Positions 1 to 10,900 of a DNA stretch of 64,000 nucleotides are shown here, in pieces. A model generated the notes under the pieces. It had not been told where the DNA came from. It made no database searches and saw only the letters and a list, made by a program, of their open reading frames with translations. The position numbers and the translations under genes were made by a program. Position 1 is the first letter of the stretch. Every line of letters starts with the position of its first letter. The stretch lies in contig CAVPSB010000020.1 in the NCBI GenBank assembly GCA_963708025.1, forward strand, positions 38,275 through 102,274, written 5' to 3'. The DNA is from an uncultured Candidatus Rokubacteria bacterium. GTDB lineage: Bacteria; Methylomirabilota; Methylomirabilia; Rokubacteriales; DASRDR01.

Positions 1-165
1 CGGCCAGGCGGCCAGGGCTCGAGACAACCGACGAGGTCAACCTGTGGCGACCCCGCCGAGAAACGCGCCTCCACACGGCTGGAGGTGGAAGCAGCCGAAA
101 GATTGCGGTGGCCCGGCCCGGGAAGACTGATCCGGTTTCGGCCCTCCTGGGACAGAGCCCATCCT

Positions 166-411
166 CTATCGGCCGAACAGCCTCTCGATGAGTTCCTCTC
201 GAGTGAGACCGAAGTGCTGGGCCACGTCGCCCAGGAGCCCAGCCAGCGTCCCGACCCGGAGTGCCGTGTGGCGTGGGATCGTAACGTGATGCTCGCCGCG
301 TTCGCCGGTCGTCAATCGGAGGTGGCTGCCGGTCTGGCGGGTCAGCCGGTAACCGAGATCGGCGAGGGCTTTCGCGAGGTCGTCACCGGAGACGTCCCGC
401 GGAAGCCTCAA
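166..411 (-). CDS. hicA: HicA-family mRNA interferase toxin
   Basis: 81 aa with RQTGSH...HHVTIPRH..LRVGTL motif typical of HicA; overlaps the upstream antitoxin by 4 nt. Confidence 0.9.
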   Translation of the reverse strand: MRLPRDVSGDDLAKALADLGYRLTRQTGSHLRLTTGERGEHHVTIPRHTALRVGTLAGLLGDVAQHFGLTREELIERLFGR

Positions 412-641
412 GCGTTGATGACTTCCTCGCGTACGAAATGGAGCCGAATGACCTTCGGAACGCTGCCCTCGTCGAAGTGGCAGCGAACGGCGTCGCGGAC
501 CTTCGCATGCAGATCTGCCAGGTCGTCGGCCTCGGTGAAGATCGACTCGCCCAGGGCCCGGGCGGTGAAGCCGCCCTCGGGAGCTTCCTGGACAAGAAAA
601 ATCACTTCCGGCAAGCTATGGCTTCCGGCTGATGGGCTCAT
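408..641 (-). CDS. hicB: HicB-like antitoxin
   Basis: EVIFLVQEAPEGGFTARALGESIFTEADD...VRDAVRCHF is HicB-like; directly upstream of hicA; start uncertain. Confidence 0.8.
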   Translation of the reverse strand: MSPSAGSHSLPEVIFLVQEAPEGGFTARALGESIFTEADDLADLHAKVRDAVRCHFDEGSVPKVIRLHFVREEVINA

Positions 642-916
642 GGTGTGGCTAGGATAGCACCGTTTCGTTCCGGCCCAGCTCGCGACGCGTTCCGTGGGCC
701 GAGCGGCGAGTAGTGCACAAGGCTCCACAACCAGGTCGTGGCGCAGCCTCGACGTGACGACGCCGAGGCTGCGCCGGGGTTAGTTTACCTGGGGGTCTTT
801 GTCGGGCCGCTGTCTCGTAACGTGCTGGATTTCCAGGCACGCGCGTGGGGGTCAGATGCTTCTGGAAGTTCCGCCCGCTGCTAGGTAGCTGAGGGCGTTG
901 ACGTTTTTGCACCGGA

Positions 917-1808
917 TTACTTACACCCCGGGAGGGCAAATAACTCGGCGATGCGGCGGGTGCGCTCGAAGGACACCTGGGTGTAGATCTTGGTCGATTC
1001 GAGCGACTCATGGCCGAGCGCTTCGGCGATGATCCGGATGTCAACGCCGCGGTGACGCAGTGCTTGCCATAGGCGTGGCGGAGCTTGTGCGGGGTGAGGC
1101 GGACGCCCAGATGACGGCGCGTCCAGCGCGTTACCACACGGTTGATCACGAGGTAGCTGAGCCCGTCGTCGGTCCGTCCTCCTTGCGGAGCAGCGGCGTG
1201 TCGGGATGGGTGCGGCTGGTCCCGGTTGTGCTGGCCAGGTAGGCCGGACGATCTCGAGCGCCTGGGGCGGGAGCGTCACCGAGCGCTGCTTCTGACCCTT
1301 GCTCACGAACCCGATGCAGCCCCGTGGTTGGCACGAAGTGAGCACGCTGGAGCTCGCGATCTCGGCGACGCGAGCCTGCCGAAGAGCGCGATGGCGAGGA
1401 TGGCGCGGTTCCGGAGGCTCGGCTCGCTGGCGACTGGGTCGCGAGGTCGTGGAACGCGGGCAGGATCGGGATGGTGCGCTATGAGCCGAGGAGTGCGGAA
1501 CCGGGCACCAGGGTCGGTGACGAGGTGCCCGTTGGCGTTGAGCCACCGGGTGAACCCCGTGAGGGCCATCAGATACGTCCGGCAGGTCCAGTCCTGCCTT
1601 CCCACCTCCTTCAGGGAGAACTGCCTCTCCAGGAGCCGCTCGTAGCTGATGTCGCCGGCGTCCCGGAGACGCCAGCCCATCGACCGCGAGGTGGCCACGA
1701 AGAGTTCCAGCCCGTCTCGTAGGCACGGCGCATCCTGTCCGCGACGGCTCGATCGATCCGCAACTCGGACAGGTACCTCCTCCACAGGACCGGGAGTCCA
1801 AGCGTCAT
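917..1808 (-). pseudogene. XerC/D-like tyrosine recombinase, multiply frameshifted
   Basis: Motifs spread over several frames: ARVAEIA (R), SKGQKQRSV (K), HKLRH (HxxR), LGHESLESTKIY (H, Y). Confidence 0.85.
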
Positions 1809-1949
1809 GGGATGTCCCCGACGCGGCCCAGCCCGACGCTGCCTCGCACGGTAGCGAAGCCGCCGCCGCGAGGCAAGCTACCGATTCCGGCGCAGCTATA
1901 CCCGCGGGACGTCGGACTCGGAGCGATGTCAGCTCCGCCGCGACGTAGC

Positions 1950-2163
1950 GCGCGGAGCAAAAACGGCGCTCGTGGAAGCGGCGATCGAGACGTTCCCTAG
2001 CCAGTTCACGCTGGGCGATCTAGAACGAGCCTGCCCCGAGGTTAGCCGGGACATGATCCGCCGTGTTCTGCGCGATCTCCAGAAGGCGCGACGGGTGGCC
2101 TGCCTCGGCCGTGGCCCCGGCGCCCTCTGGCGGAAAGAGGGTAATACCTCGAAGAGAGGGTGA
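1950..2163 (+). pseudogene. C-terminal remnant of a Fic-family protein (winged-helix tail)
   Basis: RGAKTALVEAAIETFPSQFTLGDLERACPEVSRDMIRRVLRDLQK...CLGRGPGALW resembles Fic C-termini; no Fic catalytic domain upstream. Confidence 0.6.
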
Positions 2164-2339
2164 TAGAAGGGGTAATATCTCAGGCGGGTCAAGTGCAGAC
2201 GTCGGCCGGGGCTGCGGCGGGACGCTCAACTATAGGGCGAGGAATGACCAAGCAGACATCGCCGAACAACGTGAGCACCGTCCTTCGAGAAGGCCGACGT
2301 GGAACTCGTGGTCGCCGCGTTTGGGGAAGCGAGCAGACC

Positions 2340-2588
2340 ACGGCAGATCAGACAGTACTCGAGCGCATCATCGTGAACCCGGACATCTTTGGTGGAAAGC
2401 CAATCATCCGGGGACTGCGTATCTCGGTCGAGCTGATCCTGAGCCTGCTAGCTCAGGGAGAGACCCCCGAATCGATCCTGGGCGACTATCCGGATCTCGA
2501 GCCCGATGACATTCGGGCGTGCCTCGCCTACGCGCACGCCGTCATCGCCCACGACTCGCTCGATGCCGTTCGAGTCGGGACGAGGTGA
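2340..2588 (+). CDS. DUF433-family antitoxin
   Basis: LERIIVNPDIFGGKPIIRGLRISVELIL...DYPDLEPDDIRACLAYA; natural start position reads ACG (2340); in-frame ATG at 2244. Confidence 0.85.
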   Translation, partial: TADQTVLERIIVNPDIFGGKPIIRGLRISVELILSLLAQGETPESILGDYPDLEPDDIRACLAYAHAVIAHDSLDAVRVGTR

Positions 2589-2755
2589 AATTCCTCATAG
2601 ACGCATGCGTCGGGCGGCGCCTTGCTGACTGGCTGCGCCGTGGCGGGCACGACGTCGTCGAGTCGCGCGAGCGAGGTAGAGATCCGGGCGATCGAGAGCT
2701 CCTCAGATGGGCGGCGACAGAGGACCGGATCCGTGTGACGGCAGCTCCCTCCTGA
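2585..2755 (+). pseudogene. Truncated DUF5615/PIN-like toxin
   Basis: VKFLIDACVGRRLADWLRRGGHDV...DPGDRELLRWAATEDRI; GTGA overlap with DUF433; stops after about 56 aa. Confidence 0.75.
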
Positions 2756-2994
2756 TGTAATCCCGGATGTCTGGCGGAGCTCCGGCTGGCCGCTGGTAGC
2801 GTGTGGCTGCTCGCTGAGATCGCCGAGGCGAAGGGACGCAGACGCTCCCGGCCGGCGCTATTGGAGCAAAGAAGGCAATAACCTAGAAGAGGGGGCAACA
2901 GAAGGGGTAGCATCGCTCAAGCCGGCGACAGGGGGAGCGGGTCGGGGGCGGATCAGGTCGTCGAGTCACCGAGCGAGGTGCCTGGCCTCGGCAA

Positions 2995-3094
2995 GCGCGA
3001 GCAGGCCCCGAGCATGCCACCGACGCCAGGGGAGATGGGCATGCGGTTCTGGCCGAGCCAGGCGGAGCCAGAGATGAGAGACCTCGACGCATGA
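2995..3094 (+). pseudogene. 3' remnant of a third cyclase-ATPase-TPR paralog
   Basis: GAGATGGGCATGCGGTTCTGG..CAGGCGGAGCCAGAGATGAGAGACCTCGACGCATGA matches the 3' ends of the two downstream paralogs; ATGA overlap with the next gene. Confidence 0.7.
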
Positions 3095-6000
3095 CGTGTC
3101 AGCGATGCGCCTTCGAGAATCCTCCCGCGATGGCGTTCTGCGGGCGCTGCGGGACGCGGCTCGCGACTCTATGCCCGTCCTGCGGATTCGCGAATCCCGA
3201 CGGGTTCACCTTCTGCGGCAAGTGCGGCACGCGTGTGGCCGAGGCCGCGCTACCGCCTCGCGAAGGCTACCCTGACTTCACCTCACCGCAGTCCTACACT
3301 CCCAAGCACCTCGCCGAGAGGATCCTCACCTCGAAGGCCGCCCTCGAAGGCGAGCGCAAGCAGGTCACGGTGCTGTTCGCCGACTTGAAAGGCTCGATGG
3401 AGCTCCTGGCGGACCGGGACCCCGAGGAGGCGCGGAAGCTTCTCGATCCGGTGCTCGAGCAGATGATGGAAGCGGTCCACCGCTACGAGGGCACGGTCAA
3501 CCAGGTGATGGGCGACGGGATCATGGCGCTGTTCGGGGCGCCGGTCGCCCACGAGGACCACGCGGTGCGAGCGTGCTACGCCGCGCTCGACATGCAGGCC
3601 GCCATGCGCCGGTACGCCGAGGAGGTCCGGCGAGCCCACGGTGTCGTCCTCCAGGTCCGAGTCGGCCTGAACTCCGGCGAGGTGGTGGTCCGGGCCATCG
3701 GCAGCGATCTGCGGATGGACTACACGGCGGTCGGGCAGACGACTCATCTGGCCGCCCGCATGGAGCAGCTGGCCAAGCCCGACACCACCCTGCTGACGGC
3801 CGACGTCCTCCGTCTCGCGGAGGGATTCGTCGCGGTCACGCCGCTCGGTCCGGTGCCCGTGAAGGGCCTGGAGGCGCCGGTCGAGGTCTACGAGCTGACC
3901 GGCGCCGGGCCGCGGCGCTCGCGGCTCCACGCGGCGGCGGCGCGCGGGTTGACCCGCTTCGTGGGACGTGCGGGCGAGCTGGATCAGCTCCGCCAGGCGC
4001 TCGGCCGCGCCGGCAACGGCCAGGGCCAGATCGTGGCGATCGTGGGGGAGCCGGGCGTGGGCAAGTCGCGCCTGGTCTGGGAAGTCACCCACTCGTACCG
4101 CGTCCACGGCTGGCTCGTGCTGCAGGCGGGCTCGGTCTCGTACGGGAAGGCGACGTCCTATCTGCCGGTGATCGATCTTGCTCAAGGGCTACTTCGCGAT
4201 CGAGGACCGGGACGGCCCACGCGCGGTGCAGGAGAAGGCTGACCGGGAAGCTGCTGACCCTGGACCGCGCGCTGGAGGGCAGCCTGCCGGCGCTCCTGTC
4301 GCTGCTCGACGTGCCGGCCGACGACGCCGCAGTGGGCGGCGCTCGATCCGTCCCAGCGCCGCCGGCGGACCCTGGACGCGGTGAAGCGGCTCCTGCTGCG
4401 GGAGAGCCAGGTGCAGCCGCTGCTGGTGGTCTTCGAGGACCTCCACTGGATCGATTCCGAGACCCAGGCGCTGCTCGACGCGCTGGTCGAGAGCCTGCCG
4501 GCGGCCCGGGTGCTGCTCCTCGTGAACTACCGGCCGGAGTATCGGCACCAGTGGGGCAGCCGCACCTACTACACGCAGCTCCGGCTCGACCCCTTGCCGC
4601 ACGATCACGCCGAGGAGCTCCTCGGCGCGCTGGTCGGGTCCGACGCCGGTCTCGACCCGCTCAAGCGCGTGTTGATCGAGCGGACCGAGGGCAATCCGTT
4701 CTTCCTGGAGGAGAGCGTGCGGTCGCTCGTCGAGACCGGGTCCCTGGTCGGCGAGCGTGGCGCCTACCGGCTGGCGCGGCCCCTGCCGACGATCCAGGTC
4801 CCGGCGACGGTGCAGGCCGTGCTGGCCGCCCGCATCGACCGGCTGCCGCCCGCGGACCGGGCACTCCTCCAGACGGCATCGGTGGTCGGGAAGGACGTCC
4901 CGCTCGGGCTGCTCCAGGCGATCGCCGAGCCAGGGCGAGGCGGAGCTGCACGCCGCGATCGGGCGGCTTCAGGCCGCCGAGTTCCTCTACGAGACGCGCA
5001 TGTTCCCGGACGTCGAGTACACGTTCAAGCATGCCCTGACGCACGACGTCACCTACGGCGGCCTGCTCCAGGATCGCCGCCGCCGCCTGCACGGCCAGAT
5101 CGTGGAGACGATCGAGCAGCGCTATCCCGACCGGCTCGGCGAGCACGTCGAGCGGCTGGCCCACCACGCGTTTCGGGCCGAGGAGTGGGAGAAGGCGGTC
5201 GGCTACCTGCGGCAGGCCGGGGCCAAGGCCCTGGCCCGGTCCGCCAACCTGGAGGCCGCCACGCACCTCGAGCGGGCGCTCGAGGCGTTGCGACACCTGC
5301 CGGAAGCCTCCGAGACCCTGGAGTCGGCGTTCGACCTCCGGGTCGAGCTCTGGAACGCGATCACCCCGCTCGGGCACTTCGCGCGGGCCAGCGACGTGAT
5401 GCGCGACGCCGAAGGTGCCGCGGAGCGGCTCGGCGACCAGCGCCGGCTCGGTCGAGTCGTGGGGGTTGATGGGCAATCTCCTGTGTTTCGCCGGTCGCCG
5501 GGCCGAGTCGGAGGCCATCTCCGAGCGGGCCCGGGCGGCGGGCGAGGCGATCGGGGACCTGGTCTCGCAGATCTCGGCGAACATGAACCTCGGTCTCAAC
5601 GCCTACTCGGCCGGGGACTACCGGCGGGCCCAGGCGTTCCAGGAGAGGATCCTGGGGCTGATCCCGCCCGAGCGGTTCCGCGAGCGGTTCGGGCGCGCCC
5701 TCCTGCCAGCGGTGAATGCGCTGTCGAACCTCGCGGCGGCCCTGGCCCAGCGTGGCGTCTTCGACGATGCGGTCCGCCACGGCCAGGCCGCGATCGAGCT
5801 GGCCGAGGAGGTCGGCCATCCGTACAGCCTGGCCGTCGCGTGCTGGAACGTCGGACGCATTCACACGCTCCGGGGCGACGCTCGCGCAGGCCAGGCCGAC
5901 TCCTGAGTCAGGCGCGCTCACTGGCGGCGGAGCTGACGATCGGCTTCCTGATCCCCCCGGTGGCGCTGGAACTGAGTGCGCTCTCGGTCCTGGAAGGGCG

Positions 6001-6479
6001 CGTGAAGGACGCCCTGAACCTCGTGCCGGCGGCACGAGCCGCCATCGAGGAGGTCGGCCTGGGATGGTGGGAGGCGCTCGCCGAGCTGCGCATGGGCGAG
6101 GCGCTCGTCGCGGCCGGCCGCGTCGACGAGGCCCGGGTCGCCGCGACGCGGGCGCTCGACCTGGCCCGCGAGCGCGGGGAGCAGGGCCACGAGGCCTGGA
6201 CGCTCCGGCTCCTCGGCGAGATCGCCGCTCATCCACGCGCGACAGCTGCTGACGAGGCAGAGCGCCACTACCGGCAGGCCCTCGCGCTGGCCGAACGGCT
6301 CGACATGCGCCCTCTCGTCGCCCACTGCCATCGCGGCCTCGGCGCGCTCTACCGGCGCACGGCCACGCCCGAGCAGGCAGAGAAGCACCTCACCACCGCC
6401 ACCGCGATGTACCGCGAGATGGGCATGGGCTTCTGGCTGGAGCAGGCGGAGCCACGGATCGAGAGACCGCGGCGCATGA
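3091..6479 (+). CDS. Double zinc ribbon + class III adenylate/guanylate cyclase + P-loop ATPase + TPR protein, copy 1 (several frameshifts)
   Basis: Four CxxC motifs, VLFADLKGS/MGDG cyclase motifs, Walker A GEPGVGKS, Walker B VFEDLHW, GNPFFLEE, TPR tail; split over ORFs 3091, 4381, 4757 and 5415. Confidence 0.9.
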
Positions 6480-9400
6480 CCTGTCCGCGGTGCAGCTTCG
6501 AGAATCCGCCCGCGATGGCGTTCTGCGGGCGCTGCGGCACGAGGCTCGCGGCCCCGTGCCCGTCCTGCGGATACGCGAACCCCGAGGGGTTCGCCTTCTG
6601 CGGCAAGTGCGGTGCGCGCGTGGCCGAGGTCGCCGCACCGCCGCGACAAGGCTCTCCGGCTTTCGCCTCGCCTGAGTCCTACACCCCCAAGCACCTCGCC
6701 GAGAAGATCCTGACCTCCCGGAGGCGCTCTCGAGGGCGAGCGCAAGCAGGTCACGGTGCTCTTCGCCGACCTCAAGGGCTCGATGGAGCTCCTCGCCGAC
6801 CGGGATCCCGAGGAGGCGCGCAAGCTCCTCGACCCGGTGCTGGAACGGATGATGGAGGCCGTCCACCGCTACGAGGGCACGGTCAACCAGGTGATGGGCG
6901 ACGGCATCATGGCGCTCTTCGGGGCGCCGGTCGCCCACGAGGACCACGCCGTGCGGGCGTGCTATGCCGCGCTCGACATGCAGGCCGCCATGCGCCGGTA
7001 TGCCGAGGAGGTGCGTCGCGCCCACGGCGTCTCGCTCGAGATCCGCGTCGGGCTGAACTCGGGCGCGGTCGTGGTCCGGGCCATCGGGAGCGATCTCCAC
7101 ATGGACTACACCGCCGTCGGCCAGACCACGCACCTGGCGGCCCGGATGGAACAGCTCGCGACGGGCGGGCGAAGCCTCCTCACCGCCGACACGCTGCGGC
7201 TCGCGGAGGGGTATGTCGAGGTCACGCCGCTCGGGCCGGTGCCCGTGAAGGGCCTCGAAGCCCCGGTCGAGGTCTACGAGCTGGTCGGGACCGGAGCCCG
7301 CCGCTCCCGGCTGTCGGCGGCCGCCACGCGCGGCCTGACGCGCTTCGTGGGACGGGACGCCGAGCTGGAGCAGCTGCGCCAGGCGCTCGGGCGGGCCGCC
7401 GCCGGGCATGGCCAGGTGGTGGCGATCGTCGGCGAGCCGGGCGTCGGGAAATCACGGCTCGTGTGGGAGGTGACGCACTCCCACCGCGTCCACGGCTGGC
7501 TCGTCCTCCAGGCCGGCTCGGTCTCGTACGGCAAGGCGACGTCCTATCTGCCGGTGGTCGATCTCCTCAAGGGCTACTTCGCGATCGAGGACCGGGACGG
7601 CCCGCGGGCGGTGCGCGAGAAGGTGACGGGGAAGCTCTTGACGCTGGACCGCGCCCAGGAGGCCAGCCTGCCGGCGCTCCTGGCCCTGCTCGATGTCCCG
7701 AGCCGGCGATCCGTCCTGGGACGGGCTCGACCCCCGACAGCGTCGCCAGCGGACGCTCCACGCGCTGAAGCAGCTCCTGATCCGCGAGAGCCAGGTCCAG
7801 CCGCTCCTGGTGGTCTTCGAGGACCTCCACTGGATCGACTCCGAGACCCAGGCGCTGCTCGACGGGCTCGTCGAGAGCCTGCCGGCGGCGCGGCTCCTGC
7901 TCCTCGTGAACTACCGGCCGGAGTATCAGCACCAGTGGGGCAGCCGGACCTACTACACGCAGCTCCGGCTCGACCCCCTGCCGCCGGAGACCGCCGAGGA
8001 GCTCCTCGGCGCGTTGCTCGGGCCCGACGCCGGCCTCGACGCCGCTCAAGCGCATGCTGATCGCGCGGACCGAGGGCAACCCGTTCTTCCTGGAGGAGAG
8101 CGTGCGGGCCCTCGTCGAGACCGAGGCGCTCTCGGGCGAGCGCGGGGCGTACCGGCTGGCGCGGCCGCTCCCGGCCATCCAGGTCCCCGCCACGGTGCAG
8201 GCCATCCTGGCCGCCCGCATCGACCGGCTGGCCCCCGGCGACAAGGCGCTCCTGCAGACGGCGTCGGTGATCGGGAAGGACGTGCCGTTCGCGCTGCTCC
8301 AGGCGACGGCCGCGCTGGCCGAGGACGAGCTGCGCGCCGCGATCGGCCGCCTCCAGGCCGCCGAGTTCCTGTACGAGACGAGCCTCTTCCCGGATCTCGA
8401 GTACACCTTCAAGCATGCCCTCACCCACGAGGTGGCCTACGGGAGCCTGCTCCAGGACCGGCGCCGCCGCCTCCACGGCGAGATCGTGGACGGCCATCGA
8501 GCGCCTCTACCCCGATCGGCTCGGCGAGCACATCGACCGCCTGGGCCATCATGCCTTCCGGGCGGAGCGGTGGGAGACGGCCGCCGCGTACCTCCGGCAG
8601 GCCGGGCACAAGGCGGTCTCGCGCTCGGCGTTCCGGGAGGCCGTGGTCGGCGTACGAGGACGCGCTGGTGGCCGTCGAGCACCTCCCCGAGACCCGCGAG
8701 ACGCAGGAGCAGGCGATCGACCTGCGGCTCGACCTGCGGGTGCCTCTGCAGGCGCTCTCGCGGATGAGCCGCATCCTCGAGGGCGACCGGGTGGCCGAAG
8801 CCATCGCCCGGACGCCTCGGAGACGAGCGGCGGCTGGGGCGGATCTCGTCGGGACTGGCCAACACCCTCTGGATCACCGGCGACCACGCCGCCGCGATCG
8901 CGGCGGCCTCGCGCGCCCTGGACATCGGTCAGCGGCTCGGCGATGTCGCCACTCACGCCACCGCCGTCCTGCGCCTCGGCGCCATCCATTACACGATCGG
9001 CGAGTACGGCAAGGCGGTCGTCTACCTCCGGCAGGCCGTGGAGTTGACCGGGGGCGAGCGACTGCGAGAGCAGTTCGGAATGGCGGGAATCGCGTCGGTG
9101 CTCGCGCGCCTCTGGCTCGCGCGGACTCTCGCCGAGCTGGGGGAGTTCTCCGAAGGGCTGGCGGTGGCCCAGGAGGGCCTGGACATCAACCTGTCGACGG
9201 ACAACGTGGCCGGTCTCCCCGCCGCCCACTGCGGCGGTCGGGTACGTCCACCTCCACCGCGGGGAGCTCGCGGAGGCGCTCGCGCCGCTCACGCGAGCCG
9301 TCGAGGTCGGGAAGGCGGCGGAAGTCCTCAACTGGGAGAGCATCTGCGTCGGCTTGCTGGGTCTGCAGCGACGCGCTCACCGGGCATCTGGCCGAGGGTG

Positions 9401-9861
9401 TCGCGCTGGTGGAGCGCGCGACCGGTCTGGCCGAGCAACGGGGCGAGCGGTTCAACCTGGCGCTGCTCCAGGGCTGGCTCGGCGAGGCGCATCTCGCCTC
9501 TGGAGACCTGGAGCGGGCGAGGCGGCACGGCCAGGCGAGCCTCGAGATGGCGCGCGCCCAGCCCCAGCGCGGGACCGAGGCGTGGGCGTGGCGGCTTCTC
9601 GGTGAGATCGCCGCGGAGACCGACCCGCCTGGTGTCCAGGAGGCCGAGACCGCCTACCGAGAGGCGTTGACGCGGGCCTCCGACCTCGGCATGCGCCCCC
9701 TCGTCGCCCACTGCCACCTCGGCCTCGGCAAGCTGTACCGGCGCACAGACAAGCGGCAGGAGGCCCAGGAGCACCTGACCACGGCGATTACTATGTACCG
9801 AGAGATGGACATGCGGTTCTGGCTGGAGAAGGCAGAGCGAGAGATAGGGCAACTGGCGTAG
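6476..9861 (+). CDS. Double zinc ribbon + cyclase + ATPase + TPR protein, copy 2 (several frameshifts)
   Basis: Same motifs as copy 1; ends MYREMDMRFWLEKAEREIGQLA*. Confidence 0.9.
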
Positions 9862-9933
9862 GGGGAATTCCACCATCCTGCCGGGCTGTCGCATGGATTT
9901 CTCGCCCGCGGCATGCCGGAGTAGAGTTATCTC

Positions 9934-10078
9934 ACGGCTGACGCCGTGGAGCAGGTCCTCGAGGAAGCCCTTCGACTGTCGCCCGATCAGCGAGCCCGGC
10001 TTGTGACCGAGCTGCCGCCCACTCTTGAGTCTGATACGCCGGGCGAGCGACGCAGTGAAGCGGAATGGATCGCGAGGC
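9934..10078 (+). pseudogene. N-terminal remnant of an addiction-module antitoxin (TIGR02574-like)
   Basis: Manual translation (T)ADAVEQVLEEALRLSPDQRARLVTEL..LESDTPGERRSEAEWIA; start reads ACG. Confidence 0.6.
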
Positions 10079-10366
10079 CGAGCGTGGCCTTCGGAGCCTG
10101 ATAGAAGTCACGGTCACCCCACCCTATTTCCAGGTACTCGGCGTCGGCAAGATCTTGACGCTCCGACCACAGGTCCGCGGGAACGTCCGCCCGGCGCACG
10201 ACGAGCCCCGTGTGGAGCCCGTGGTCCACGACGTAGATGGACGGGCCTGGCTCGACTCTCGCGACGGACCAGCGCCTCGCATCGGGGCGGCGCATCCCGC
10301 CCACAGGGTCACGAGGACGAGCACCGGGGTGATGGCAGACGGCCCAGGGCATCGCCGCACCGTCAT
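10078..10366 (-). pseudogene. N-terminal fragment of a DUF2459-like lipoprotein
   Basis: Lipobox WAGC, then (other frame) SIYVVDHGLHTGLVV...YLEIGWGDRDFYQAP; truncated. Confidence 0.65.
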
Positions 10367-10900
10367 TCAGCCAGCCTGCCCGTTATCCGCGCGCGCCGAG
10401 TCGTGTGCCGGGCGATCGTAACCGAGAGGTTGTCCGCCCTGGCCGTGAGCATCAGAAGTCCCGATGCGCAGGAGGCCATTGCCCAGAGCGCCAAGGTGTC
10501 GAAGTTCGGTAGACTGGAAGCGGGCCTAGGACCTGCCCGGGGGGGGGGGTGAGACGGGTGGAAGGATTGTGGGTGGTGGTCGCACTGCTGGTCTCGGGGT
10601 CTCGGACCGACCCGACGATTCTGGATGTCCGATTCTGGATGTCACTGATCGCGGCCGAGGGATGGGCCGCTTTCTGATCGCTGGATCGGAACTCGCCCGC
10701 GGCTCACGATGAGCGGGTGGGCGTGGGGGGTCAGCACGCACTCTCGCGCACCGCGGGCGCTCCGCTCGTCCCGAGGAACCGCGTCCGCCCGGATGCCCAG
10801 GTGCCGCCCGAGATGCACGTCTGCGGACGGCGTGTTGCCCGGGCGGTATGCCGCATGGTGGGCGAGGACGTCGCCGCGGAAGCTCAGTCTCTGCGTGTCG

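Larger units (their letters stand above)
2134..2914 (+). repeat. Imperfect ~47-bp direct repeat (2134-2179 and 2868-2914)
   Basis: AAAGAGGGTAATACCTCGAAGAGAGGGTGATAGAAGGGGTAATATC vs AAAGAAGGCAATAACCTAGAAGAGGGGGCAACAGAAGGGGTAGCATC. Confidence 0.7.

Noticed and set aside
650-2900. Integron (recombinase plus TA cassettes)
   Set aside because: No IntI-specific insertion is evident and I found no convincing attC sites
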